Below, one piece after another: positions 16,999-27,081 of a stretch of DNA of 64,000 nt. A model generated the notes under the pieces. That model worked only from the letters and a program-made list of their open reading frames with translations, had not been told where the DNA came from and ran no database searches. The translations under genes were made by a program, and so were the position numbers. The DNA is from Patescibacteria group bacterium (GTDB lineage: Bacteria; Patescibacteriota; Patescibacteriia; JBHPGJ01): contig JBHPGJ010000004.1 in assembly GCA_042570545.1 (NCBI GenBank), forward strand, positions 2,223 to 66,222, given 5' to 3'. The first letter of the stretch is position 1. Every line of letters begins with the position of its first letter.

Positions 16999-19548
16999 TT
17001 ATTGTTCTACCCAATATAATATCTCCAGCGAGCTAACGTGTGGTTTGTTATCAATATTATCGGTCGACATCACTATTCGCCAACTTAGTTCATTACCGGT
17101 AGTGGTAAATTCATGTTTTTCATCATGAGATACTTCAAACCAATCGGCGCCGCGATTATTACTCAGATAATACTTGATCGAAGCCCCCTCGGGTACATTA
17201 TGATCAATTTTAACAGTCGCTGACAATACATTATTAGTCAGCTGAGGATTTAAGGTGAACTGTTCGGCAAATTGCTCTAATGGCACGCCCGCACGATCAG
17301 CCTGCATAATTAGCGTCTGGGAGCCGAGTAAGAAGTTGGGTGACGAATAGTGCATACCATATATGTCATGCGGTATGGCATATGACACATCAATAACATT
17401 ATCTTCCCTGTCTATGATATTAAGCTGCTGACCCTGCTTGCCGGATACAGCAATATTACCTTCCTCGCCAGTAATATCACCAACAGTAACACCATCAAAG
17501 CCCTTAAGGACGTTGGTCAATGGGGTTGCTTTCACCCGGTTATATTCTGCTAGCTGTAAGATGGGGTCATCGGTTTGCCAGGCAATCCACCAGAGTAGAT
17601 TATTTACCACAATTCCAGCTGGTTCTAGGTCCTTGTAAGCAATGAAGTGATCCGAAACATCCGTCAATGTTTTACCGTTATACTCTAGCATCGTACCCTT
17701 ACCGGCAAATAGCCACCGTTCACCATTATGACCTATCTCAGATATTAAGGTGCTGTCTGTTAGCAAGCTACTGCTAACCGTAGTCACCTGTCCAAATCTA
17801 TCGATCTTGCCAAACAGTGCTGGTACGTTGGTATTGTCACAGCCACTGGTAATAAACAATACAAAGTTTCCGGTCACATCATTGCCCCGACTTAGGTAAT
17901 AAGGGTAATCGCAAGCCCGGGGCGAGAAATCATGCAATATAGTTACACTGTTGCCACTATACTTTAACAATCGTTGCCGGTTGCTAATTATGTAATCAGT
18001 GCCGTTCCATTCAAAATCCACCTTATCGCCATTGGTTATAAAGTCGGGAAGTTTATCAGTGATATCGGTAAATTGCGTGCTGACTAAATCGTATTTTACT
18101 ACGCGGTGCACCCGGTCCCAGCGGCCAACGGCGATCAGACAATACCGGCCATTGCAGTCAATATTTGATATTTCCGTATGGCCGTCTTGGGGATAAAGCA
18201 ATAAATCACTGGATAAAATTTCGATTGGATAATCATGCAGTTCTAGTTTTCCGTCTTGTGAATTCCAGACAGCCCGGTCGTTACCGATTTGCCCACCACT
18301 CTTGAATTCCTGCAAATAACTGTAATGATCCTGTACGACCGTGCTGAATTCAAAAGTCGTTAAAATTTCTGCCTGAAGATCACTATTAGCACGCAGGGTC
18401 TGTTCTTCACACGAGGAAAAAGCTATCTGCAAGGTAAACATACCCCGAGGAGTATGAGTAGATACCCAACCACAGCCAGCATCGCCTTCAATATACTGCC
18501 AGCCTGGTTGATTGCCTACCTTAACGACCGTTGGTTCACTTACCGGGCCATAGACGCCAATCACGCTGCTGGCTTTTACCGGCCGATCAAAGATATTAAT
18601 ATTTATTGATCCGGTATCATTGGTAAAGCTGACCGTTTTGGCGGTGGCGTTTTCAGCTTGGGTAAATTCGGCTGGGTACTTGAAAGAAAAGCCAAACGTT
18701 TCATTGGTATGAGTTGGCCAGTCTTTGCTAACGTGATTATCCAGGGTGATATCACGAATAGTTTTTATTAGAGTTTTAAAATCATCAAGTTTTGCCAGTA
18801 CATCTTCATCATAATTCTCATTTATGATCTGTCCAACTGCATCACTGGCCTTGGTAACCAGATCCAGCCGCTGGGATTCGTTATCTGTTTCCCAAGTACC
18901 AAATTCATCACCCAATATATAGGTAGCCACAACATTACCGTAAGCACGGTGAGGTATGATGGCGCGGTAAATCAGCGCTGACTGACCGTTAAATTGACCA
19001 AGTTCATAAAATTCTACTGCCGTATGGGTATTGGTGCTTAATTTCTCTACTTTAAAAATATCATCAAAATCAGAATTTAAAATATTATATAATTCGTCTA
19101 CGCTTAGATTCAGATCCAGTGGTTTGGTATATTGGGTGTTGTGCCAAGTATTCTCAAGTCGGCCATAGTGATTATCCTGCTGACTCATCGCCAGATTATA
19201 ATCTCCGATAGTTAAAAATACAGATTCCCACTGATCTGACGGATCGGCGTCAGGATTTTCTACCACTCCAGAATAAGCCTCTTTTACCTCGGCTGAAGAT
19301 GGATGTTGAAATGTGGTATTCAGATCACTATTGGTATAGAGCTCCCAACTACTGTCAACCAGGGATGAGGTGTTGGTATTATTAACATTGGTCGTTACTA
19401 CGGCCGGTGTTGTCGCCGCCCGCTCATCAGCCTCGCCTTTATACCAAATCATTACACCCGCCATACTAAGAGCAATAACGCCGATAGTGATAGCGACCGC
19501 TATATGGATAAAGCCTTTTTTATTTTTCATCTTATTAATGTTACTCAA
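16999..19548 (-). CDS. Large prepilin-like surface protein (PsbP-like x2, beta-rich repeats, C-terminal beta-sandwich)
   Basis: KKG-FIHIAVA; W.T.TN..FGFSFKYP; WNG/HNG repeats. Confidence 0.65.
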   Translation of the reverse strand: MSNINKMKNKKGFIHIAVAITIGVIALSMAGVMIWYKGEADERAATTPAVVTTNVNNTNTSSLVDSSWELYTNSDLNTTFQHPSSAEVKEAYSGVVENPDADPSDQWESVFLTIGDYNLAMSQQDNHYGRLENTWHNTQYTKPLDLNLSVDELYNILNSDFDDIFKVEKLSTNTHTAVEFYELGQFNGQSALIYRAIIPHRAYGNVVATYILGDEFGTWETDNESQRLDLVTKASDAVGQIINENYDEDVLAKLDDFKTLIKTIRDITLDNHVSKDWPTHTNETFGFSFKYPAEFTQAENATAKTVSFTNDTGSININIFDRPVKASSVIGVYGPVSEPTVVKVGNQPGWQYIEGDAGCGWVSTHTPRGMFTLQIAFSSCEEQTLRANSDLQAEILTTFEFSTVVQDHYSYLQEFKSGGQIGNDRAVWNSQDGKLELHDYPIEILSSDLLLYPQDGHTEISNIDCNGRYCLIAVGRWDRVHRVVKYDLVSTQFTDITDKLPDFITNGDKVDFEWNGTDYIISNRQRLLKYSGNSVTILHDFSPRACDYPYYLSRGNDVTGNFVLFITSGCDNTNVPALFGKIDRFGQVTTVSSSLLTDSTLISEIGHNGERWLFAGKGTMLEYNGKTLTDVSDHFIAYKDLEPAGIVVNNLLWWIAWQTDDPILQLAEYNRVKATPLTNVLKGFDGVTVGDITGEEGNIAVSGKQGQQLNIIDREDNVIDVSYAIPHDIYGMHYSSPNFLLGSQTLIMQADRAGVPLEQFAEQFTLNPQLTNNVLSATVKIDHNVPEGASIKYYLSNNRGADWFEVSHDEKHEFTTTGNELSWRIVMSTDNIDNKPHVSSLEILYWVEQ

Positions 19549-20398
19549 TAAACCTAAAGCTATTGGTCATCTCAGGATCCAGCGGTTCAAAATCCTCGGT
19601 GGCAAATGAAGATGCCTGGCCCAAATCCCAGGTCACTGCTATATTACCATCGGGATAATACTTAACTACAAAGGCGTAGTTTAAAAAACAACCTGAATCC
19701 GGCCCACCTGAATTAATAGCTACGTCAAATACACCAGCTTGTAAATCAGATTCTGTCTGTGAATCAACGTTGCATACGCCAGTTCCAAAATTTGTATCCA
19801 CGAAATCATTTAACTCACTATCATTTGTCACCGTGGCGGTCTTAAAATGCCAAGTCTGAGGCGGATCACTGCTTAACCTTTCATAGCTGTTGTTAACCAG
19901 ATTACATTCGGAAAAATTATGCGTTCCGTCTGCCTCTTCAGTTTCGCCACTTAATTCGTATAGAGATTCTTGAGCAATAATTACTGAATCATCTCCCTCA
20001 AAAGTTTTTACCGGCAACATCCCACCGGTCGGCCGATAAGAATCTGTTTGCCACTCGCAGCCGGCATAGCCAAACCAGGCTTGCTTGGGAATGTTCAGAT
20101 AAAAGCCCAGGTCATTATTGGTATATCTATTCCACGTGTCATCAATGCTCTCGGTTGTGGAGCCGGTCAAAGTTACTGCCGTGTTGGTATTTACAGTAGT
20201 GTTGGTATCGGTCCTTGATATGTTTGTATTTACAGGCTGAGTATTCGCTGTCTCGGGTAAGCTATTAATATTTTCTTCTACTTGCTTCTGCTCATCAACA
20301 TTCTGCTGGTAGACGATAACTGCTGACAGTAACACTACTGTCACGCCGAGTATCAGGCCGATAGCTAATAGGTTGGTCAGTCCCTTTTGATTGGTCAT
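19541..20398 (-). CDS. Prepilin-like surface protein, Cys-containing PsbP-like domain (start moved to MTNQKGL)
   Basis: N-terminus nearly identical to 21963-22643; domain shared with 20440-21936. Confidence 0.65.
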   Translation of the reverse strand: MTNQKGLTNLLAIGLILGVTVVLLSAVIVYQQNVDEQKQVEENINSLPETANTQPVNTNISRTDTNTTVNTNTAVTLTGSTTESIDDTWNRYTNNDLGFYLNIPKQAWFGYAGCEWQTDSYRPTGGMLPVKTFEGDDSVIIAQESLYELSGETEEADGTHNFSECNLVNNSYERLSSDPPQTWHFKTATVTNDSELNDFVDTNFGTGVCNVDSQTESDLQAGVFDVAINSGGPDSGCFLNYAFVVKYYPDGNIAVTWDLGQASSFATEDFEPLDPEMTNSFRFIE

Positions 20399-20439
20399 AG
20401 ATTTTTTATTAATTATTTTAGGTAGCTTGGTTAATATTT

Positions 20440-21936
20440 TTATGGTACAGATGTATATGACTCTAAGATACACTTGAGAGTATCGCGCATAGGTTCATAA
20501 TCTGTATATAAAGTGGATTCGTCGGGTGTAGAGCCGTACTCTATGCTGGTACCGTCAGCTAAAGTTATATGATTGGTTTCGTTCTTATACATTAATGTAG
20601 TGCCGGCCAGTCCAGTTGCGGGGTCTTCTGATACATAAATATTACCCGTGCCAGTGTAGCTTGCACCATCGATGTTCAGCGCATCAGTTCGGGGTATTTG
20701 ATCGATAATAACGCCAACACCAGATCGCTGACAAATAACACCAGCTGCGTTATTTTCCGGTGCGCTTATGCTAACATAAGCCGCATTATTAATGTATATT
20801 TTTACACAAAGTTCGTTGCCATATACGGCAAACTTATCGGCAAATGTCATGCCGGCAGCTACTTCATCCGGGGACAGGCTGAAAGCATTCTCTTCAAGGA
20901 GGGTTATTGTAGATGTCGGCGGGTGCATTACTGAATAGTTATATGTGTTGTTGGTATAGGTTGACCAGCCGTCAGTGCAAGTGGCCACTTCATCAGCCGC
21001 AGTGTTGGTGTTTGTTGTTCCTGTTTCTTCATCATCCATTAAAAAACGGAAGCTGTTTACCATACTTTCGTCATACGAATAAAATCCGGCTTCGCTGGCG
21101 AAATCAGCCGGGTCAACTGCCCAAAAATATGGTTCCTGGCCCAGATTCCAACCCACTGCTTTCCCTAAACCAGGGTGGTAAAGTAATTGATAGACATAAT
21201 TTACCGGGCACTTTGTCTCGTCAAGGTCAAGTTCGTCACCTTCGATGGTAACGTCAAAAACTCCAGCCTGATGGTCCCAGGCCGTCTGACTGCCCAGCGA
21301 ACAACCTTCGCCCCATTTGGACTTAATAAAACTGTCCAGTTCCTCATCATTAGAAACATCGGCGAAATCCAATTTCCAACCATCCCAAAAATAACTTTCC
21401 TTCGTGACGTCCGCTAAATCTACGTTGATTCGTTGACAGCCGGCAAAGGTCATACTGCCATCGGGTAACTCAGTGCCCTCAGTTAATTCGAAATAATGGT
21501 CTCGCGTGATATAAAAGGTATTTGCGTCATCAAGATATAAAGATGACACCATACCTTCAGACAAGCTAAAATTCCCATGCCCATCATCGCCACAGCTTCC
21601 AGCGTAGACATAAAAGTACTGGGGTAGGCGTATTGAAAAACCATTACTTTCATCGGCATATAAGCCAAGGTCAGCCTCGCTTGGGCCGCCTTCAGGCACC
21701 GTCGTCCCCTCCAGTGTCTGGGTGTAAGTTTGTCCATTGGCTACACAGGTCCAGGGCGACTGTTCATCATTGACCGGATAACCGGCGGCAACGCACTTAT
21801 CAAATGTATTAATAGTATCAGCCGTAGGCAGTTTATTCGCTTCTGTTTTAAACCACAACATAGCACCGACGGCTCCAGCAGCGATAACAGCAATGAAGAT
21901 GACAGCAACAATGTGGGTAAAGGCTCTTTGGTTCAT
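20440..21936 (-). CDS. Prepilin-like multidomain surface protein
   Basis: QRA-FTHIVAV; F..C..AGYPV module; Cys-containing PsbP-like domains. Confidence 0.65.
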   Translation of the reverse strand: MNQRAFTHIVAVIFIAVIAAGAVGAMLWFKTEANKLPTADTINTFDKCVAAGYPVNDEQSPWTCVANGQTYTQTLEGTTVPEGGPSEADLGLYADESNGFSIRLPQYFYVYAGSCGDDGHGNFSLSEGMVSSLYLDDANTFYITRDHYFELTEGTELPDGSMTFAGCQRINVDLADVTKESYFWDGWKLDFADVSNDEELDSFIKSKWGEGCSLGSQTAWDHQAGVFDVTIEGDELDLDETKCPVNYVYQLLYHPGLGKAVGWNLGQEPYFWAVDPADFASEAGFYSYDESMVNSFRFLMDDEETGTTNTNTAADEVATCTDGWSTYTNNTYNYSVMHPPTSTITLLEENAFSLSPDEVAAGMTFADKFAVYGNELCVKIYINNAAYVSISAPENNAAGVICQRSGVGVIIDQIPRTDALNIDGASYTGTGNIYVSEDPATGLAGTTLMYKNETNHITLADGTSIEYGSTPDESTLYTDYEPMRDTLKCILESYTSVP

Positions 21937-21962
21937 AGTTTATTAGTTAGTGTTGAACATAA

Positions 21963-22643
21963 TCATCCAGCAAAGCTGAATGAGTTATAAAAATCCTCAA
22001 AATTAGGTTCAAGTAAAGCGGCGTTGCTGATTACATAAACACGATCAAGCAACTCGACAAAGACGAGTATATAATCACCAACGCTGCCATCAATCGATGA
22101 GCCGGTAGCTTTAAGCGCATCGGCGCCAGATATCTCAATATTATCTTTGGTAATAGTAAGCCCTTCTAATTTGTCTGCTATATGGGCATCAATGAATCCT
22201 TCGCTATTTTGGTATTCAATAATATTCCACTGATAATCAATATTACCTATATAAAAAGCAGTAGCATTTAATATCCCGTTTGCACCCACCTGTTCTTCAT
22301 TTACTGACCATCCAGATGGGTACTGAATAGCAAAATTATTTCCATTATGCGTCTGCCAGTCAGTATAAACATCAATATCCGGCAAATCAGTTACGCTGGT
22401 ATTGGTTAGCGAGGTGTTGGTTATGTCGGTGTTTACAACTACAGTTGTATCAGTATCGGCTGTTGAAGTATTTGCATTTGTGTGCTGACTATTTACTGTC
22501 TTGGGCAAACTATTAATATTCTCTTCTACTTGCTTCTGCTCATCAACATTCCGCTGGTAGACAATGACCACTGATAACAAAACCACCGTTACGCCTAGCA
22601 CCAGGCCAACGGCTAACAGATTGGCTAATCCTTTCTGGTTCAT
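21963..22643 (-). CDS. Prepilin-like surface protein with a PsbP-like domain
   Basis: QKG-LANLLAV; DWQT....FAIQYP.GW...F..SFSF; SD CAGGAGG. Confidence 0.65.
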   Translation of the reverse strand: MNQKGLANLLAVGLVLGVTVVLLSVVIVYQRNVDEQKQVEENINSLPKTVNSQHTNANTSTADTDTTVVVNTDITNTSLTNTSVTDLPDIDVYTDWQTHNGNNFAIQYPSGWSVNEEQVGANGILNATAFYIGNIDYQWNIIEYQNSEGFIDAHIADKLEGLTITKDNIEISGADALKATGSSIDGSVGDYILVFVELLDRVYVISNAALLEPNFEDFYNSFSFAG

Positions 22644-22669
22644 GTTTTTTATACCTCCTGTTTATTTTT

Positions 22670-23437
22670 TTAGTTTGTGAATTGGAAAGTAGAGAGGATT
22701 TGTTCCCACAAGATAATATCACCAGTACCGAGTGTATCTTCGTAAAAAGTCATGACAAAAGCTTGCGTACCGTCATCTAAACAATATTCATTTGGATAAC
22801 TATAGATTTCGTCCGGTGTCCCATCTAGCTGGACCTTATTAACTAGCTTTACGCCTGGCAGGGAACCGATGGTAATGGAGCTTCGAGATATTTCCTCAAG
22901 TACAAACGGGGTAGACGCATAGTTATCAAAACATGACTGGCCCTCATTTAACCGCACTGGGCCAGGTGAAAACTCGGCTATCTTAACTGAGTTCTCATCA
23001 CTGAAAACTGAAGAGCCATTAAATGACCAAGTAGCCGGATATTTTAAACTAAAGTTAACCATTGGCAAGCCTCCTCCGGGATAGCTGTTCCAATCAGTTG
23101 TGGTAAAAGTTCCGTTATAATCGATATTAATCGATTCGTAAGTTTGCCAGTCGGCCAATTCATTCGTTGAGGTATTTGTATTTGTGGTCGTTATGGCCGT
23201 ATTAGTATTAAAGGTCAACGAGTTGGTATTACTGACTGTGGTATCTGTAGTATTGGTGTTAATCTCATTATCAGCCGAACGGGTCATATTGAACTCATTT
23301 ATCTCATCCAGAGCATGGATCAAGCGGTCGGTGCTGATTTTATTTAAAATTACCGTTGATAATACAAAAACGGTAAGTGATAAAATAAGCCCCTGCAAAA
23401 TCAGTATTGTCAGATAGGGCGTTTTTTTGTTGGCCAT
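22670..23437 (-). CDS. Membrane-anchored PsbP-like surface protein
   Basis: TM similar to 13293-14045; DWQTY...FSLKYP..W...ILSTFQF. Confidence 0.65.
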   Translation of the reverse strand: MANKKTPYLTILILQGLILSLTVFVLSTVILNKISTDRLIHALDEINEFNMTRSADNEINTNTTDTTVSNTNSLTFNTNTAITTTNTNTSTNELADWQTYESINIDYNGTFTTTDWNSYPGGGLPMVNFSLKYPATWSFNGSSVFSDENSVKIAEFSPGPVRLNEGQSCFDNYASTPFVLEEISRSSITIGSLPGVKLVNKVQLDGTPDEIYSYPNEYCLDDGTQAFVMTFYEDTLGTGDIILWEQILSTFQFTN

Positions 23438-23561
23438 ATTAAATATATTAATCTTCTTGTTGCTTTTTAAGCCATTTCCAGAATTTTATGACCTATATTT
23501 TACCATTAATCTCATCATAAATAAAATACATTGATAATATTTTACTATAATATTTATACAA

Positions 23562-24872
23562 TTATTTCTTCAGCCAGTCGCTACTTTGCCTTACTAATAA
23601 TTCCGGTGCGCGGAGCGGTTCGGCCATTATACGCTTCACCATTTTTTCCATACGGCTAATCTGTGATCCTTTAATTAATATTATATCGTCCTTATTAATT
23701 TGGTGCTGTAAATATTTACCGGCCTCAGTAGAATTGGTAAAGATTTTAATCTTGTCAGCCGCTAGACCGGCTTTTCTTGCCTCCTGTGAATATATACCGG
23801 CCAGCTCGCCTACCGCTAATAACATATCAGCTTTCTGGCCGACTTTTTTACCGACGAGTTTATGCCCCTCACCAGCATAGTCGCCTAATTCTGCCATATA
23901 ACCTAAGGCGGCAATTCGTCTTTTGGTTTTAGGAAAATTCCCTAATGTATCCAGAGCGGCCAGGGCTGCTTCGGGAGAAGAATTATAACTGTCGTCAATA
24001 ATGAAAGCATTATTAATTGCTGGTATTAATCGCATTCGGCCGGGTGGTGATACGTAATTTTCTAACCGGGCAGCTGTGTCCGGCAAGCTTAAACCATAAG
24101 CTATACCAATTGCTGTCGCGGCCAGGGCGGCATAAACTTGCTGTTTACCAATTACTCCAGGTAGAATAAAATCTTGTTTATTACCCTCATAATTGACTTG
24201 AAAGCTTGTTCCTTGCAGTTTTTCCTGCCGAATACTATCCGGCTGGGCGATAGCACTGCTTTGCAGTTTTAGTTTCTGTGCTTTGATTTCATTTATTTTA
24301 TCAAAACCGTAAGTGGTCAACTGCACATCAATTGGTGTTTTTAACTTGCTGATAGTTTTATCGTCACCATTGATCACGCCAAAGCCATCCTCGGGCAGGT
24401 TGGTTATTAGTTTCTTCTTTTCTTCTATTACCGCTTCCATGGTTTTAAAAAATTCTAAATGAACCGGCGTAATAGCGGTAATCACGCCTATGCGGATCGG
24501 TGCAATGCTAAGCAGATAGTCAATGTCACCGGTTTTTTCGGCGCCCATTTCCAACACTAATATCTTGGGATAGTCATGCGGCCAGACAGCTAGCCAACAA
24601 CCTTTGATAATCTCCTTTAGCCAACCAAAAATATTAGCCCCGTGCACTTGACCATCAATAATAGCTAAGGGTAGACCTAACTCATTGTTATAATTACCTA
24701 CACTCTGACGTATGTAAAAACGTTGGGCCAATACACAACTGATGGCTTCCTTGGTGGCTGTTTTACCGACCGTACCGGTGACGCCAATAACATCAGGTTG
24801 ATAACGCCTGACAATCCGCCGGGCAATTGAACCCAATATTTTTTCTAGTAGCTTCTGTAGCCGTTGCTTCAT
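23562..24872 (-). CDS. murF: UDP-N-acetylmuramoyl-tripeptide--D-Ala-D-Ala ligase
   Basis: GVTGTVGKT, NNELGLP, LEMG, DDSYNSSP, MAELG, IKGS. Confidence 0.92.
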   Translation of the reverse strand: MKQRLQKLLEKILGSIARRIVRRYQPDVIGVTGTVGKTATKEAISCVLAQRFYIRQSVGNYNNELGLPLAIIDGQVHGANIFGWLKEIIKGCWLAVWPHDYPKILVLEMGAEKTGDIDYLLSIAPIRIGVITAITPVHLEFFKTMEAVIEEKKKLITNLPEDGFGVINGDDKTISKLKTPIDVQLTTYGFDKINEIKAQKLKLQSSAIAQPDSIRQEKLQGTSFQVNYEGNKQDFILPGVIGKQQVYAALAATAIGIAYGLSLPDTAARLENYVSPPGRMRLIPAINNAFIIDDSYNSSPEAALAALDTLGNFPKTKRRIAALGYMAELGDYAGEGHKLVGKKVGQKADMLLAVGELAGIYSQEARKAGLAADKIKIFTNSTEAGKYLQHQINKDDIILIKGSQISRMEKMVKRIMAEPLRAPELLVRQSSDWLKK

Positions 24873-24911
24873 AATGCCAGACTACCACTGCTGAAGATTT
24901 TTTTCAAAAAC

Positions 24912-26657
24912 CTATTCCACGGTTATTGATGGTGGAATATTCAAATAATTAACTAGCCAGGCAGCCATCTCACCAAACAATGGAGCGGCTGAACTCTCAG
25001 CGGCCTGTACATCACGCGGTACATCTATCTTGGCCAGCATGACAAACTGCGGATCGGTAGCCGGTGCGAAGCCGGCAAAAGAGCCAATTGTCCTATTTTC
25101 ATCATAACCAGCTCCGCTTTCCTTTGGTATTTGAGCGGTACCTGTCTTGCCAGCTACAAAGTAGCCTGGTACACCCGCTCTCTTACCGTGTCCATTCTGA
25201 ACAACGCTTACTAACATAGCTGATATCGTTCTGGCCGTGCTGGGTTGGATTACTTGACGGATCGATTGTGGCTCGGTCTTTATTACGGCGCCGTTTGGTT
25301 TGTGTATCTCATCAATTATGTATGGCTTCATTAATGTACCACCGTTAGCAATAGCTCCATAGGCGGTCACCAGCTGAAGCGGAGTAACTGTTATACCCTG
25401 GCCAAATGAAGCAGTAGAAGTGTATAAATCTCGATGTAGATTTAAGGTAGATATATCGCCCCCGTTTTCTGATTCTAATTCAATGTTAGTCTGCAGACCA
25501 AATCCATAAGCCTTGACATACTGCTCAAAGAGCACGTCGCCTACCTGGCGGGCGGCGAAAATTGCTCCCGTATTAATTGATTCTTCCAGCACCTGAGTCA
25601 TCGTCTGCTGGCCATAGACTTTATTTTCATAATTTTTAATCGTGTATCTACCTATTACTTCTTGTCCTTCGTCAACAAAGGTTGTCTGCGGTGTAACTAC
25701 TCCCAGGTCAATCGCCGCTGACATTGTGATCGGCTTGAAGACTGAACCAGGCTCGTAGGTATAGAAAGTGGACGGATTAAGAAATAAATTGATATTTTCC
25801 ACTTCATTATAATTATTTGGATCAAAATCGGGCGAGCCGCACATGGCCATTATGGCACCCGTTTTCGGATTTATTATTATCAGGCTACCGCCATCAGCGC
25901 CATGTCTTAGTACCGCCTCATTCAGTCGCTGACAAGCTTGATATTGAATATTTCGATCAATGGTTAGCACAACATCGTCCCCGTCCTGAGCTTCTTCGAT
26001 GCTGGTCGTACCAACGGTTATCCAATTGCCGCCGGCATCGCGCTCTATATTCAATTCACCGTACTTACCCGCCAGCTCTTCTTTGTAATAACCTTCAATA
26101 CCATATTGTCCAATTCGATTTTCACCATCGTTACCTAGAAAGCCTATAATATGTGAGCCGATGTTTTTCTCGGGATAATATCTATCGGGCTCAATCTGAA
26201 AATGAAGACCCTCTAACCCTAAATTTGAAATATATTCTTTGTATTCAGTGGTAAGGTTGTGGGCCACCGGTTCATAAATATCATCAACTTTTCTCAATCG
26301 ACTTAACACCGCTTCTGTATCAATGTCTAAAATCTGTTCCAATTGATCTACTACTTCATCCGGTTCGGTTATTTGCTTAGGATTAGCATATAACAGATAT
26401 GTATTTTCATTAAGGGCCATTGGAAATAACTTTTCACTATTATAATCCCGAGCATATACTTCACCCCTGATCGGCACTAATCGTTCATAAATACGGTGCT
26501 GATCGTCGGCCAGCGCAGCATAGACGCCATGCTCAATTATTTGTAAATTAAAAAGCCGGAACAAAATAAAACCAGCAAAAATTATCAACAATCCTCTTAA
26601 CAATGACAGTCGATCGATTTCACGCCGGCTTTTATTACGGCTTTTTCTCTTTACCAT
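24912..26657 (-). CDS. ftsI: Class B penicillin-binding protein (FtsI/PBP2-like)
   Basis: EPGSVFKP, SIN, KTGTAQ; dcw context. Confidence 0.85.
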   Translation of the reverse strand: MVKRKSRNKSRREIDRLSLLRGLLIIFAGFILFRLFNLQIIEHGVYAALADDQHRIYERLVPIRGEVYARDYNSEKLFPMALNENTYLLYANPKQITEPDEVVDQLEQILDIDTEAVLSRLRKVDDIYEPVAHNLTTEYKEYISNLGLEGLHFQIEPDRYYPEKNIGSHIIGFLGNDGENRIGQYGIEGYYKEELAGKYGELNIERDAGGNWITVGTTSIEEAQDGDDVVLTIDRNIQYQACQRLNEAVLRHGADGGSLIIINPKTGAIMAMCGSPDFDPNNYNEVENINLFLNPSTFYTYEPGSVFKPITMSAAIDLGVVTPQTTFVDEGQEVIGRYTIKNYENKVYGQQTMTQVLEESINTGAIFAARQVGDVLFEQYVKAYGFGLQTNIELESENGGDISTLNLHRDLYTSTASFGQGITVTPLQLVTAYGAIANGGTLMKPYIIDEIHKPNGAVIKTEPQSIRQVIQPSTARTISAMLVSVVQNGHGKRAGVPGYFVAGKTGTAQIPKESGAGYDENRTIGSFAGFAPATDPQFVMLAKIDVPRDVQAAESSAAPLFGEMAAWLVNYLNIPPSITVE

Positions 26658-26697
26658 AAAAAATTAGTAATACGATTTAACCATTATTAATAAACTA

Positions 26698-27081
26698 CTA
26701 TGGCTGTACAGCCACGGCGCCGCCGCTGACGTCTAGATACTCAATCGTATCTGTCTGTACTAATTGTAGATCACTTATTTTGCTTTCTACTTGAGATAAA
26801 GACTGCAAATTAGCCACCCTTAACTCTAGTTGACCGTTTTGTAGTCTAAGTTCATCAACTTCAGTCCTCAGATCATCTAAGGCAAAGCCGCCAGTGGCCA
26901 CATTATTTATTATGACAATATAAGCCAGCCCCATAACAATCACCAGGATAAAAACAATATATCTAAGTTTTGGTTCGATTTTTCCCAAAGATAGCCTTTT
27001 AACAAAAGATTGATTAGCTGGTTGATTAAAGTTTGTCATAATTTTATTTTTATATGATTTCGGCACAGCGTAATTTCGCAC
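26698..27081 (-). CDS. FtsL-like cell division protein
   Basis: TM plus coiled coil, located between rsmH and the PBP. Confidence 0.7.
   Translation of the reverse strand: MRNYAVPKSYKNKIMTNFNQPANQSFVKRLSLGKIEPKLRYIVFILVIVMGLAYIVIINNVATGGFALDDLRTEVDELRLQNGQLELRVANLQSLSQVESKISDLQLVQTDTIEYLDVSGGAVAVQP

Noticed and set aside
20399-20473. Upstream extension of ORF 19541-20473
   Set aside because: Overlaps the previous gene; the paralog alignment puts the start at MTNQKGL (20398)
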